From the IMG/VR virus record IMGVR_UViG_3300028392_000038, positions 51,973 through 115,972 of that record: a DNA stretch of 64,000 bases; one strand, 5' to 3'. This document shows positions 19,121 to 29,172 of this stretch, piece after piece. The stretch's first letter is position 1, and the number at the start of each line of letters is the position of its first letter. This DNA is from a virus. The translations under genes and the position numbers were made by a program. Below the pieces are notes generated by a model, which saw nothing but the letters and a program-made list of their open reading frames with translations, did not search any database and was not told where the DNA came from.

Positions 19121-19690
19121 ATGATTAAAAAATATAACGCTTTTGTTGAAGGTAAAGTAAATGAAGAGTTTGTAATGGCTGAGCCTAGACCAGGAACTAC
19201 TGAAGTATCTCCAGGTACAATTGAAAAACCAGGTACAATGCCTGAGCCTCCAACTCCTATCAGAAAAGATAGAACTTCTCCAGTTCCAGCACCTGCTAAA
19301 GCAGAACTTGAACCTAAGGAGGTAGAAGGAGGTGATGTTTATTCTGACAATTTAAATACTTTATCAGAATTATTACCAGGATCAACAGTGTCAAATAATT
19401 CAGTTATTTACAAAGCTGAAAATGGCGAAGAAAAAACAATACTATTTCCATCTGAGACATTTAATGACGAGACAGGTGAAGGTATATTTCATGTTGATAA
19501 AAAGAAGTTTAAAACCGCTCAAGAAGTTGCTGACTATTTATTAGCAAGTGAATCTACAGAAGAAATTTCAGACGAGCGAGAAGTGTCTGACCAACAGGCA
19601 GTTGAGGACTTAGAGATGACAATGCAAAAAGAATCTAAGAGTTACAAATCAACAAGAAAATTTGAAAGTTTTAAGAATAAAAAGAAATAA
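19121..19690 (+). CDS. putative internal head protein, Pro/Glu-rich
   Basis: N-terminus MIKKYNAFVE; C-terminus RKFESFKNKKK. Confidence 0.65.
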   Translation: MIKKYNAFVEGKVNEEFVMAEPRPGTTEVSPGTIEKPGTMPEPPTPIRKDRTSPVPAPAKAELEPKEVEGGDVYSDNLNTLSELLPGSTVSNNSVIYKAENGEEKTILFPSETFNDETGEGIFHVDKKKFKTAQEVADYLLASESTEEISDEREVSDQQAVEDLEMTMQKESKSYKSTRKFESFKNKKK

Positions 19691-19720
19691 AAAAAACCCA
19701 CTCAATTGAGTGGGTTTTTT
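19691..19720. terminator. bidirectional intrinsic terminator
   Basis: AAAAAACCCACTCAA/TTGAGTGGGTTTTTT perfect inverted repeat. Confidence 0.8.
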
Positions 19721-19732
19721 AATTTAAGTAAA

Positions 19733-20050
19733 TTACTTATCAGTTGGTTCATCAGTAGTTGTTGTATTTCCAGCTTCTGCATTATGTTTAGCTACACTAA
19801 CTTTACTTCCTGTAAAATTCTTATAACCAATTAGGGCGGCACCAATCATTGTAAAAGCAACAGCTTGATTAATTACATCCATACTTTTATCAATAAACAT
19901 TCTGTCAATTACTCCAAGTAAAAAAGATAGGCTACCAATAGTTACAATCATAAATCCAGATGTAGATGTTACTGATGTTTTTCCATCAGGATTAGAAGTC
20001 ATTTCACCAAATGACCATTTTTTAATGTCTCCAATTTTAGGTAAATTCAT
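19733..20050 (-). CDS. two-TM membrane protein (holin-like)
   Basis: Two hydrophobic segments, 105 aa, late-type TATATA upstream. Confidence 0.5.
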   Translation of the reverse strand: MNLPKIGDIKKWSFGEMTSNPDGKTSVTSTSGFMIVTIGSLSFLLGVIDRMFIDKSMDVINQAVAFTMIGAALIGYKNFTGSKVSVAKHNAEAGNTTTTDEPTDK

Positions 20051-20130
20051 AGTAATATTATTATTTTTTATAAGATATATATAATTTTAGGAAAGTAACA
20101 TTTTTCAATATATAACTTATTGAAAAAATT

Positions 20131-20604
20131 ATGAGATTAATAAGAATACTAAAATTTCTATATACATCAGAACATCCACACTTCTTATCAGTAGATAAAG
20201 ACTTTTACTCCAGGTGGAAATTGATTATCAGAGGAACAGTAACACTAAATAAAAATTATAAATCATGTGAGATTTATAGAAAGAAATACAAAATGATGGA
20301 AGATTTTGTAGTTATTGGACTTAAATACAATGGTAAAAATGTTAAAAGAAGAACTAGCGGATACGCTAAAGAATTTATAGAACAACACAAAGACGCGAAA
20401 TGTCTTTACTGTGAAACTAAACTAAATGATAGAAATGCTACAGCAGACCATATAGTTCCAATATCTGATGGTGGTAATAACTGTCAAGTTAACTTAATAG
20501 TTTGTTGTAAGGATTGTAATAATGAAAGAGGTAATATAGAATTCAAAACTTATATTTCAATGAAAAATAAGAAATATAAAAATATAAATAAATTGTTTAT
20601 TTAA
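20131..20604 (+). CDS. HNH endonuclease
   Basis: CLYC...TADHIVPISDGG...NLIVCCKDCNNERG. Confidence 0.88.
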   Translation: MRLIRILKFLYTSEHPHFLSVDKDFYSRWKLIIRGTVTLNKNYKSCEIYRKKYKMMEDFVVIGLKYNGKNVKRRTSGYAKEFIEQHKDAKCLYCETKLNDRNATADHIVPISDGGNNCQVNLIVCCKDCNNERGNIEFKTYISMKNKKYKNINKLFI

Positions 20605-20799
20605 TTATCTCCAAGTAAGATGTTTATACTTATCTCTAAATGTATCTGAAGTAGTTACTGAGGTTAGGTTTTTATATTCCTTTTCAGAATAAATTCTATT
20701 AGCACCTTTTAATTTATAGTAGATTCTACCATTTGATCCTTCTCGGTATAACCAACGACCATCTATATTTGTCCAACCTGTATCTGGTAAAATTATCAT
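20605..20799 (-). CDS. small hypothetical protein
   Basis: 64 aa; TAATATATA 4 nt before ATG. Confidence 0.6.
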   Translation of the reverse strand: MIILPDTGWTNIDGRWLYREGSNGRIYYKLKGANRIYSEKEYKNLTSVTTSDTFRDKYKHLTWR

Positions 20800-20819
20800 A
20801 ATCTATATATTAATATAAA

Positions 20820-22010
20820 TTAAAGATTTTTTATAGAATCAAACTTTTTATTATAATCAGCAACTTCTACATCTCTTTTCTTTCTCCTGAACTTTGGAAT
20901 CCATTTGATGTCTAATACATCTTTACTAAAAAAGTCTTCCAGATTCAATTTCTTATAGGGATCCGGTACTAATTCAGCTAGCTTATTAATATCTTTTACT
21001 TTACTTATTCTATGTAATAATCTAAAAGGATCTTCTACATTCTTTTTATCAACTATATCTTCAAATAACTTTTTCCACAAAAATACAGAGAATCCCTCCT
21101 TTACCTTTTCTTCAGACTTTTTATAACCAGCTTCATCATTATCAAAGAAGTATTGAATATCTAAATTATTATCTTCTAAGAATCTATAATCAGTATTCAC
21201 ACCAACCAATCCAATTGAATTAGGAAAGAATAAAGAATCTAAATATCCTTCAAATACAGTTATTTTTTCTCCTAAATCAACATTTAAAATGTTAAAGTAG
21301 TAAGATAATTTATTATAAATAACCAATTCAGTAATATCTTGTTCTGGTAAGTCTTTACCAAGACTTACCCATTCAAGTAGATTCTCATAGTTATAAATTT
21401 TGAAACTACGGCGCTTACCTTCTTTTAGATTACGTGTTTGCATTCCTAAAACTTTATTACCTCTTCTGTTTAATGAAACTATAATCCATTCAGATTCATC
21501 TTCATTTTTCCAATACTTAGCTTGATAAATATTTGTATGATATTCAGGTGGTATTCCTCTACCAACTAAATACTTATAAACTCCACCATTAACTTGAATA
21601 GGTTTGAAATCAGATATAGGTGTTAAATCAGCACTAAAAACCCTTTCAAGTTCTGTTAAATCAATTAAATTTTCAAACTTAGCATCAACAAAATCACCTT
21701 CATAATCAGAATAAGTCATAACACTATTTAAGTGTTCAATCATTTCTAATTTTTTATCAGGATCTAATTGTTCATTGAAATCCTTACACATTCTATCAAA
21801 TGTAGTTTTCTTATCACAGTTGAAACAAATAAAGATTAAACGGTTATAGTAAAAGTTACCTCTCTTTTTGTGTTCAGATTTCCCATCACCACAATACGGA
21901 CAGCATATATTTAAACGATCCGAGTAAGAAACTATCTTCCTTCTATGATTGGAAGTAAACTCCTTATTAAGGATTTTTTGAAATATGTCATTTATGTAAT
22001 TCTTATCCAT
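20820..22010 (-). CDS. DNA primase (T4 gp61-like)
   Basis: Zn finger CPYCGD...CFNC; TOPRIM VFEGYLDS and FFDNDEAG; probable start MDKNY at 22010. Confidence 0.88.
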   Translation of the reverse strand: MDKNYINDIFQKILNKEFTSNHRRKIVSYSDRLNICCPYCGDGKSEHKKRGNFYYNRLIFICFNCDKKTTFDRMCKDFNEQLDPDKKLEMIEHLNSVMTYSDYEGDFVDAKFENLIDLTELERVFSADLTPISDFKPIQVNGGVYKYLVGRGIPPEYHTNIYQAKYWKNEDESEWIIVSLNRRGNKVLGMQTRNLKEGKRRSFKIYNYENLLEWVSLGKDLPEQDITELVIYNKLSYYFNILNVDLGEKITVFEGYLDSLFFPNSIGLVGVNTDYRFLEDNNLDIQYFFDNDEAGYKKSEEKVKEGFSVFLWKKLFEDIVDKKNVEDPFRLLHRISKVKDINKLAELVPDPYKKLNLEDFFSKDVLDIKWIPKFRRKKRDVEVADYNKKFDSIKNL

Positions 22011-22069
22011 TTGTGTTTTTTCTAACAATAAGGGCAATCAATTTTAATATATATTATAAAATAGATATA

Positions 22070-22981
22070 ATGTTTATGTATTTATCATTTAATGATGCTA
22101 GAATAATTGTAAGAGAACAGAGGTTAAGAAATACAATCGACTGGTATAATTGGATAAAGGGTAAGTCTGATATTTATAATATACCATCCAATCCAAATAA
22201 AACATATTCTAAAGAATGGGTTTCATTATCAGACTGGTTAGGATCTGATAATGAATCATTTAATAATAGAGTGTATTATGATTATGAATACTGTAAGATT
22301 TTTGTTAAAAAATTAAATTTTAATAATAGAAAGGAATTTTACGAATTTGCTAAGAATAACCTTGATAAAAAAATTCCAAATAGACCAGACCATGTATATA
22401 AAAAACAAAATAAATGGGAAGGTTGGCAGAAGTTCCTATCTATTGAAAAAACACCACCTATACACAAGTGTAATTTATTTTTAACATATGAAGAGGCTAA
22501 AAAATTTATAAGTGATATAAAATTCACACAACAATCCGAGTATATAAATTACATAGAGAATAATAATATAGAGTTTTTGCCAAAAAGACCAGACTATGTT
22601 TATAGAAATAATTGGATTGGATATTTAGATTTTTTAGGATGTGAGACTAATAGAAAATCCTTTGGTGAAAAAAAAATAAAAGAATTTTTAGATCAAAATT
22701 CAATCAATTATATAAGAGAAAAGAAATTTGAAACTTGTAAAAACATCAAAGAGTTACCATTTGATTTTTATTTACCTGATTATAAAATATGTATAGAATA
22801 TGATGGAGAATTACATTATAGATCATCTAAAATATTTGGTGGTGAATCAACATTAAAAAGAATCAAAAAAAATGATGATATAAAAAGCAAATGGTGTTCG
22901 GAAAATAATATTAAATTATTAAGAATACCATATAAAAAGAAAAATAAAATATTTAAAATACTAATTTCGGAAATTATTTAG
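22070..22981 (+). CDS. homing endonuclease (IPxxPxxxY..W repeats plus Vsr-like domain)
   Basis: Repeats IPSNPNKTYSKEWVSLSDWLG / IPNRPDHVY / LPKRPDYVY; FDFYLPDYKICIEYDGELHY...LLRIPY. Confidence 0.8.
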   Translation: MFMYLSFNDARIIVREQRLRNTIDWYNWIKGKSDIYNIPSNPNKTYSKEWVSLSDWLGSDNESFNNRVYYDYEYCKIFVKKLNFNNRKEFYEFAKNNLDKKIPNRPDHVYKKQNKWEGWQKFLSIEKTPPIHKCNLFLTYEEAKKFISDIKFTQQSEYINYIENNNIEFLPKRPDYVYRNNWIGYLDFLGCETNRKSFGEKKIKEFLDQNSINYIREKKFETCKNIKELPFDFYLPDYKICIEYDGELHYRSSKIFGGESTLKRIKKNDDIKSKWCSENNIKLLRIPYKKKNKIFKILISEII

Positions 22982-22989
22982 TATATTTG
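22982..22989 (+). promoter_or_regulatory. Bacteroidota-type -7 promoter element TATATTTG
   Basis: 4 nt before ATG 22994. Confidence 0.65.
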
Positions 22990-22993
22990 TATT

Positions 22994-23236
22994 ATGAATT
23001 TAAAAGAAGTGCACGAAAGTAAAAGAGATGTTAGAGATTCTGATATTCCAAATGAATGGAAAGAAAGTTTTAATCAATTTATGATGGGTCAGACCTGTCA
23101 AGCAGAAACTAATGAAGATGGTTCTATAAAAGAATTCATTTACTACTTTCACGACTTCAGTAGATGGTATTATATGAATCAGAAGGTAATTGAAAGAGAT
23201 ATTAAAATCAATGATGTGTTAAAAAGTAAGAAATAA
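22994..23236 (+). CDS. small early protein with C-terminal RDIKINDVL tag
   Basis: 80-aa ORF. Confidence 0.7.
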   Translation: MNLKEVHESKRDVRDSDIPNEWKESFNQFMMGQTCQAETNEDGSIKEFIYYFHDFSRWYYMNQKVIERDIKINDVLKSKK

Positions 23237-25108
23237 ATATCTCTTATAAACATCAGTACCAAATAATTCATAATCAAATGTATTACATATTTTTGATATG
23301 ATTTTAATTATTCTTGTATCTGTTCCAAACCAGATATGGTATTTTTTTTGTAATTCTTCATCTATTTTGTCACCGCTAACGCAAAATGTTTTTATATTAT
23401 CTTTGAATCCACTAAGAGCTAAACCTGATACATTATAGTTAGGATTGAATCCATTTTTCTGCGTCATCCAAGCAAAAAGAGCAGGTATGATATCTTCAGC
23501 TACCGGTATATTATCTTTACTCAATCCCCAATAAACACCTCTTAATTGTTTTCTAAACATATCATTAGATTCTATTTCTCTTATAACATCTTCTTTATTG
23601 AATTTACCTTCTCTATTAATTGTTCTTACTTGTTCTACAACAATAGGTCTTACTATAATTCTGTAGTCTAAACCTCTTTTTTCTTTATCAATTAGTTCTT
23701 CTTCTAATTTATCATAAAGTTTATCATGATTATCATCATCATATAAAAAAGTATACTCGTTTGTATATGGATCTTTTATATACTTTTTTCTACTATAATA
23801 CTTACCATCTATTTCAATGTAAAGATCTTTTCTATCTTTTACACAATAATCAACACCATCGGTAGATATCCTGACTCTAATAACTGATTCATCTTTGGGA
23901 TATAACCAATCACCTAACATCTCTGAATAAATAACATCTACAGAGAAAAACCATTCATTATGATATTGCGATTGAACAACATCATCGGTTGGAGCAGCAT
24001 ACTCATCTTTATATTCTAAGTATTTAGCATCATCTCTATATAGAAAGTCATTTACATTTTCACAATAAACAGCACTATTTTTTGATATATATTCACTATA
24101 CCATTCTGACCAAACAACATTATCTGATATATAACCACCGTCAGTTTCTTGAATTTTAATATAACCACCTTCCGGCCAAAGAGATTCATCATTACATAGG
24201 AGTAGACTTTCATTATTATAACAAATAAATGTATCCATATAAGGATAATATTCAAAATCATTATTATCTAATTTAACATACATAATCCAATCTGTTTTAG
24301 ATTGACCATAATATCTCATTCCTTTTTTATCAGCCCACTCTTGAAATAATATTTTATCAGAATCATTATTTGTATAAATTCTATCCATGTAGTAATCTTC
24401 TTTACAAAATTGTCTACCTTCTTTATGATGATATAGTTTCCAAATAAGAGCTCTTCCAGTTATCTTATCATCGTCACCTTTTAGAATTAGTATTTGACAA
24501 ACTTTAGGATTTTTAACATAGATATCTAAATAGTTTTGACAGCTTTTATATCTCATACAAGAAGCACCTAACTGGCCTTTTCTATTTTCATAATTATCTT
24601 CTAAATACCAGTGTCTAATATCTTCACCAGATAATAATTGTAAATTAGAATTATCTTCATCTTTACTATCAAATGTTGCTTTATATAAATTAACAAATTT
24701 TTCAATGTCTGAATCTGGAATAGATTTACCAGCTTCTGAGAATGTTCTTCTAGACCATCTACCAACATTCATTTCAGTTCTAGATTCATTCCAGAACTCA
24801 GATCCATCCATTTTTATATAAGCACCTTTTGTAAATAACTCTTTATCAATATCCATTTCAGGATATTTTCTCAATATTCTATTTACCTGAACAAATGAAA
24901 TAGTATCATTCTTATCAGTTATGTCTATTAATGTATATTGTGTAAGAACTTGATTGGATCTTTCAGCTTGTAGAAGTAATTTAGCAACTTCTGATCTATT
25001 TTCTATTTTTTTAAGTAAACTTCTGAATTTTTCAGAATAATATAATTGAGAGGTATTACTTTTAACAGTCTCTAAAATATAGTCTAAATAATCTGATAAA
25101 TATCTCAT
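23219..25108 (-). CDS. conserved phage protein, paralog of 8252-9394
   Basis: ASCMR, GRALIWKL, YMDRIY, YPYMDT; probable start MRYLSDYLDYILE at 25108. Confidence 0.7.
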   Translation of the reverse strand: MRYLSDYLDYILETVKSNTSQLYYSEKFRSLLKKIENRSEVAKLLLQAERSNQVLTQYTLIDITDKNDTISFVQVNRILRKYPEMDIDKELFTKGAYIKMDGSEFWNESRTEMNVGRWSRRTFSEAGKSIPDSDIEKFVNLYKATFDSKDEDNSNLQLLSGEDIRHWYLEDNYENRKGQLGASCMRYKSCQNYLDIYVKNPKVCQILILKGDDDKITGRALIWKLYHHKEGRQFCKEDYYMDRIYTNNDSDKILFQEWADKKGMRYYGQSKTDWIMYVKLDNNDFEYYPYMDTFICYNNESLLLCNDESLWPEGGYIKIQETDGGYISDNVVWSEWYSEYISKNSAVYCENVNDFLYRDDAKYLEYKDEYAAPTDDVVQSQYHNEWFFSVDVIYSEMLGDWLYPKDESVIRVRISTDGVDYCVKDRKDLYIEIDGKYYSRKKYIKDPYTNEYTFLYDDDNHDKLYDKLEEELIDKEKRGLDYRIIVRPIVVEQVRTINREGKFNKEDVIREIESNDMFRKQLRGVYWGLSKDNIPVAEDIIPALFAWMTQKNGFNPNYNVSGLALSGFKDNIKTFCVSGDKIDEELQKKYHIWFGTDTRIIKIISKICNTFDYELFGTDVYKRYLFLTF

Positions 25109-25129
25109 AAAAGTATATATAAAAAAATC

Positions 25130-25336
25130 ATGGAAGAAATGCAAGCATTTGATAAAAAAATTAAAATAGTAAAGTGTAGCTATGATACATTTTGGTATAA
25201 AGACCTAGTGGGTCAAACTTTAACATTTGAGGATTATTCACCAAGAGATTATTATGTTAGAATGAATGATGGTATACTGCGTAGTATATTAGTAAATGAT
25301 GTAGAATTTGTAGATAAAAAAAGTCCTCTTATTTAG
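25130..25336 (+). CDS. small hypothetical protein
   Basis: 68-aa ORF. Confidence 0.55.
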   Translation: MEEMQAFDKKIKIVKCSYDTFWYKDLVGQTLTFEDYSPRDYYVRMNDGILRSILVNDVEFVDKKSPLI

Positions 25337-25346
25337 AGGACTTTTT
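25318..25346. terminator. bidirectional intrinsic terminator
   Basis: AAAAAGTCCTCT...AGAGGACTTTTT. Confidence 0.75.
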
Positions 25347-26457
25347 ATTTAATCTTTTTTTTACGATTCTTAAAAATTTCTTTTGTTGTTTTTGTTAAAA
25401 ATCTTGTTTGAGCTTTTAATCTATCTCTAAAAGGATTATTCTCAGAACCTCCTTGTAGAGTGTTACTAGAAAGTTCTCCTGTTGCTAGTGTGTTAAAATT
25501 AGTAAAAGGCATAATTGAAGATGACATTGGATCACCTGCTCCTCCACCAAAATTAGATTGAGTTTCTACAACTGTATTAGTTGAATTTAATTCAGTATTT
25601 AAATCTGAAGGAAATGTTCTAACTTTTTTAGTTATATTTAAAGGATCCTTAGTACCCTTAACAACAACCTCCTTAATATTAGGAAACCTTTCATTGTGTA
25701 GGTTATCAACTAAGTCTTCAATGTGTTTAACATTTTTTAAATCATCATCTGAAAAACCTATTTTAGCATTCATTCCTAATGATCCAGCAAAATTATTAAT
25801 CTTATCATTGAACTCTAAAAGAACTTCTTCTTTAGCTTTTTCAGGATTTGAAGGAGATCCACCTCTTGAAGGAGAAGAAACACCAACAAAATCACATGTG
25901 TCTAAATACATTTTAACCAATTCGTTTTTTGATGGTTGACCTCTAAGTATTCTTTCTTGTGTTATATCTTGTTTAAATAAGTAAGCAAATTTCAAAAGAT
26001 TATTATACATAGAATATAATTGATCCTCTGTTAAAATATTATCAATTATCCAATCAATACCTAACCTCATTCCTTCTGATTCATGTCCTCTTGCCGTTAT
26101 AATAGCAAATACCGATCCATTTGAAAGACATTCAATAAAATCATTCCAAGCTGGTCCAAATCTTTTCATAGATATTGATTTTTTAACATCATCTAAAAAA
26201 GCATTTATACCTTTGGGTCCATCATCTCTAAAATCAGAGAAAGCATCTTCTTGTGTTCTCCAATTTTCTTTGTCTCCTCTGACTTCCGCAAACTCAGCCG
26301 TAGAAACATCAGTTGGTATCCACTCACCATCTACTTTTTTATCCATGTGTATGACAGTAGTCATATTAAGAATATTATCATCCCAATCAAAGGCATAATA
26401 AAGTAAATAGTCAGAATCTTTATTTTCTGAGATGTATTGATTAAATCTTTTAATCAT
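25345..26457 (-). CDS. HAD-superfamily hydrolase-like protein with N-terminal tag
   Basis: YAFDWDDNIL (DxD), IITARGH, GFSDDDLKN; N-terminus MIKRFNQYISE. Confidence 0.7.
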   Translation of the reverse strand: MIKRFNQYISENKDSDYLLYYAFDWDDNILNMTTVIHMDKKVDGEWIPTDVSTAEFAEVRGDKENWRTQEDAFSDFRDDGPKGINAFLDDVKKSISMKRFGPAWNDFIECLSNGSVFAIITARGHESEGMRLGIDWIIDNILTEDQLYSMYNNLLKFAYLFKQDITQERILRGQPSKNELVKMYLDTCDFVGVSSPSRGGSPSNPEKAKEEVLLEFNDKINNFAGSLGMNAKIGFSDDDLKNVKHIEDLVDNLHNERFPNIKEVVVKGTKDPLNITKKVRTFPSDLNTELNSTNTVVETQSNFGGGAGDPMSSSIMPFTNFNTLATGELSSNTLQGGSENNPFRDRLKAQTRFLTKTTKEIFKNRKKKIK

Positions 26458-26463
26458 ATAAAA

Positions 26464-26835
26464 TTATTTCTTTTTATTTAAAAAAGATTCGAAAGTCTTT
26501 AATGATTCCATTTTTTCTTCCTCTTCTTCGTCTTGAGATTCTTCTTCGTCTTGAGATTCTTCTTCGTCTTGAGATTCTTCTTCGTCTTGTAACTCATCTT
26601 CTAAGTCTTCAGATCCTTCTTCACCACCAAAATCTTCTTCTTCACCACCAAAATCACCGAATGATTTTACTTCTTCTCCGCCTTCTTCGGTTTCAGTTTC
26701 TTCAGCTCCTTGAGCATCAGTTTCAAGAGAAAATTCTTCAACAGTCTCACCGTCTTTCATAGCAGTAACTGATAACATACCAGCTGTCTCTTCAATAACG
26801 ATTTCGTAACCGTTCATTTCTATTGTAGTTTTCAT
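26464..26835 (-). CDS. highly acidic protein (scaffold/core-like) with C-terminal tag copy
   Basis: QDEEES repeats; ends LKTFESFLNKKK; probable start MKTTIE. Confidence 0.65.
   Translation of the reverse strand: MKTTIEMNGYEIVIEETAGMLSVTAMKDGETVEEFSLETDAQGAEETETEEGGEEVKSFGDFGGEEEDFGGEEGSEDLEDELQDEEESQDEEESQDEEESQDEEEEEKMESLKTFESFLNKKK
26522..26589. repeat. 18-bp coding tandem repeat (about 3.8 copies)
   Basis: TCTTCTTCGTCTTGAGAT x3 plus a partial copy; encodes SQDEEE. Confidence 0.9.
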
Positions 26836-26954
26836 ATAAATAGTTATTTTTTTGTATATATTAATTATCAAATATTAAAATTCGACAGTACTAATATCTT
26901 TTATATATTAAACTTTTACTCCTATTATTTATAAAAAACAAAAACAATCAAAGA

Positions 26955-27632
26955 ATGAACGATTTTAGAAAATTTGCAAATGATAAAATGGTGAGCACCA
27001 CTTACCTTAATGACTACTTTAAAAAACTAAATATAAGAAATAACACAACTCAATTAATTGAAAGTAACGGAATGTCTGTAGATATATTCTCAAAGCTTCT
27101 GGATGATAGAATAATATTTCTATGTACTGAAATAGATTCAGATATATGTAATATCATTAAAGCTCAGTTAATGTATCTTGAGACACAAAATGATGATGAT
27201 ATTAAAATCTATATTGATTCTCCTGGTGGATCTGTTTATAGTGGATTAGGTTTATTAGATGTTATGGATTATGTTAGTCCAGATATCATTACAGTCAATA
27301 CGGGACTAGCTGCGTCAATGGCAGCAGTTATATTATGTTCTGGTTCAAAAGGTAAAAGAAGAGCTCTTAGAAGAAGTAGAACAATGATTCACCAGCCGAT
27401 GACTGGATTTGGATCTTATGCTCAAGCAACTGATATAGAAATTGAATCAAGAGAGATTAACTCTCTAAAAAGAGAACTTTATGAAATTATATCAGAGAAG
27501 ACCGGACAAAACTACGATAAGGTATTTAAGGATGGTGATAGAGACTATTGGATGTCCGCCCAAGATGCTAAGAAATATGGAATGGTTGATGAGATAATAC
27601 AAAAGAGAGATAGTAAAAAGACCAAAAAATAA
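26955..27632 (+). CDS. clpP: ATP-dependent Clp protease proteolytic subunit
   Basis: DIFSKLLDDRIIFL, YIDSPGG, GLAASMA (Ser), MIHQP (His), DRDYWMSAQDA (Asp). Confidence 0.95.
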   Translation: MNDFRKFANDKMVSTTYLNDYFKKLNIRNNTTQLIESNGMSVDIFSKLLDDRIIFLCTEIDSDICNIIKAQLMYLETQNDDDIKIYIDSPGGSVYSGLGLLDVMDYVSPDIITVNTGLAASMAAVILCSGSKGKRRALRRSRTMIHQPMTGFGSYAQATDIEIESREINSLKRELYEIISEKTGQNYDKVFKDGDRDYWMSAQDAKKYGMVDEIIQKRDSKKTKK

Positions 27633-27674
27633 ATCACATATCCAAGGGGTTGATGTATATTTTATATATACAAT

Positions 27675-28631
27675 ATGGAAAATTATATAAACGATGATGA
27701 GAAGGAGTATAACTCTTTTATCTATCAATGGGAAGATATTAAATTGAATAAATTTTATATTGGGTCACATTATGGTAGTATTAATGATGGTTATCTATTT
27801 GGTGGTATAGACATCAAAAAGGAGTATAAAGAGAGACCAAATGATTTTAAAAGGAAAATATTATCATATCATTTGGTTTCTGAATATTTGGAGATAAGAA
27901 AAATAGAAAAAGAATATCTTATAAAAAATGACGTTGAAAATAATGATTTTTTTTATAATAGAACTAATGAATCATATGGTGGGTATCATAAAAAATCTGT
28001 TGAAAGGAGACTAAATGATATTGATGAAAATGGCTTAAATCATTTTCAGAGATCTGCCTTAAAAATGGTCAAGACTAGAAAAGAAAACGGTAGCTATAAG
28101 ACGTCAAAAATAAAGGAGTATATTACTAAGAATGATATAATGTCTGATATAAAAAATAAAATATCAAAAACTTTGATGGGTAGAAAGTGGGTCAATAAAG
28201 ATGGAGAAATAAGATATATTAGAGAAGAAGAATTCTTAACATATCTAAAAGATGGATGGAGTGATGGATTGAAATATAATATATCATATGATGAATGTAA
28301 AAAAATAGCAATTGATAATAATATAAAATCAGCATCAGAATGGTATAAATACTCAAGTGAAGTAGATTTACCGACACATCCAGAAAGAAGGTATAAAGAA
28401 TGGATAAGTTGGAATAGTTTTCTTGATAAGAAAATTATAAATTATATATCATATGATGAGTGTAAAAAAATAGCAATTGATAATAATATAAAATCAGCAT
28501 CTGAGTGGAAAAAATTAACAAAGTATATAAAGAATATACCATCTAATCCAAGTAGAAAATATAAAGAATGGATAAATTGGTATAGATTCTTAGATAAAGA
28601 ACATTTTGATATTTCTATTTCTCTTCTTTAA
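27675..28631 (+). CDS. GIY-YIG (Seg-like) homing endonuclease with C-terminal repeats
   Basis: FIYQW...FYIGSH...YLFGG, E...FYN; two ISYDECKKIAIDNNIKSASEW repeats. Confidence 0.8.
   Translation: MENYINDDEKEYNSFIYQWEDIKLNKFYIGSHYGSINDGYLFGGIDIKKEYKERPNDFKRKILSYHLVSEYLEIRKIEKEYLIKNDVENNDFFYNRTNESYGGYHKKSVERRLNDIDENGLNHFQRSALKMVKTRKENGSYKTSKIKEYITKNDIMSDIKNKISKTLMGRKWVNKDGEIRYIREEEFLTYLKDGWSDGLKYNISYDECKKIAIDNNIKSASEWYKYSSEVDLPTHPERRYKEWISWNSFLDKKIINYISYDECKKIAIDNNIKSASEWKKLTKYIKNIPSNPSRKYKEWINWYRFLDKEHFDISISLL
28280..28508. repeat. near-identical 64-bp internal duplication (28280-28343 and 28445-28508)
   Basis: TATATCATATGATGA(A/G)TGTAAAAAAATAGCAATTGATAATAATATAAAATCAGCATC(A/T)GA(A/G)TGG, 165 nt apart. 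Confidence 0.9.
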
Positions 28632-28636
28632 GACAC

Positions 28637-29149
28637 CTATTCTCCTAATAAAAAATATTGGAACTTACTAGATATCATATCTAATTCATATTCCAAATCT
28701 TTTTTATCAATTATTTTAATAATATCACTATTAGGACAAAATACATAATCTTCTGATTGGAGTTCTGCCATAAACTCTACTTTCTTTTCAATAGGTAGTC
28801 GCTTAAACTTTCCAAATACCTTATGAAATTTGGGAAATAAATCTTTGGAAAGAAAAACTTCCTCATCATATTCTTGTCCTAATCTCATAGGTCCAATTCC
28901 TCTTACTCTTATTTGATTAGCAATCTCATTATTAGATAAGTTTCTAACCGAAATTGGAATTCTTGTTAGTTTATTTAACATAGGATAAAGTGACCATGAA
29001 CTAGCACCTCTTTTAATCACATCAGATACATTAGGATAATCTATCCATCTTTCAGGACTAATTTGTGAATTAGCTGAGCTAAGATTCAATAGGTATTTAT
29101 CATTATCATCAGCAGATTCAAATATTTTGTATTTTTTTAAGTATTTCAC
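28637..29149 (-). CDS. hypothetical protein with N-terminal tag
   Basis: (GTG) MKYLKKYKIFES. Confidence 0.7.
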   Translation of the reverse strand: MKYLKKYKIFESADDNDKYLLNLSSANSQISPERWIDYPNVSDVIKRGASSWSLYPMLNKLTRIPISVRNLSNNEIANQIRVRGIGPMRLGQEYDEEVFLSKDLFPKFHKVFGKFKRLPIEKKVEFMAELQSEDYVFCPNSDIIKIIDKKDLEYELDMISSKFQYFLLGE

Positions 29150-29172
29150 TTCTTATATATAATATATAAGAA

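Noticed and set aside
26522-26589. Possible CRISPR array
   Set aside because: The 18-bp units are directly adjacent with no spacers and encode SQDEEE in frame.
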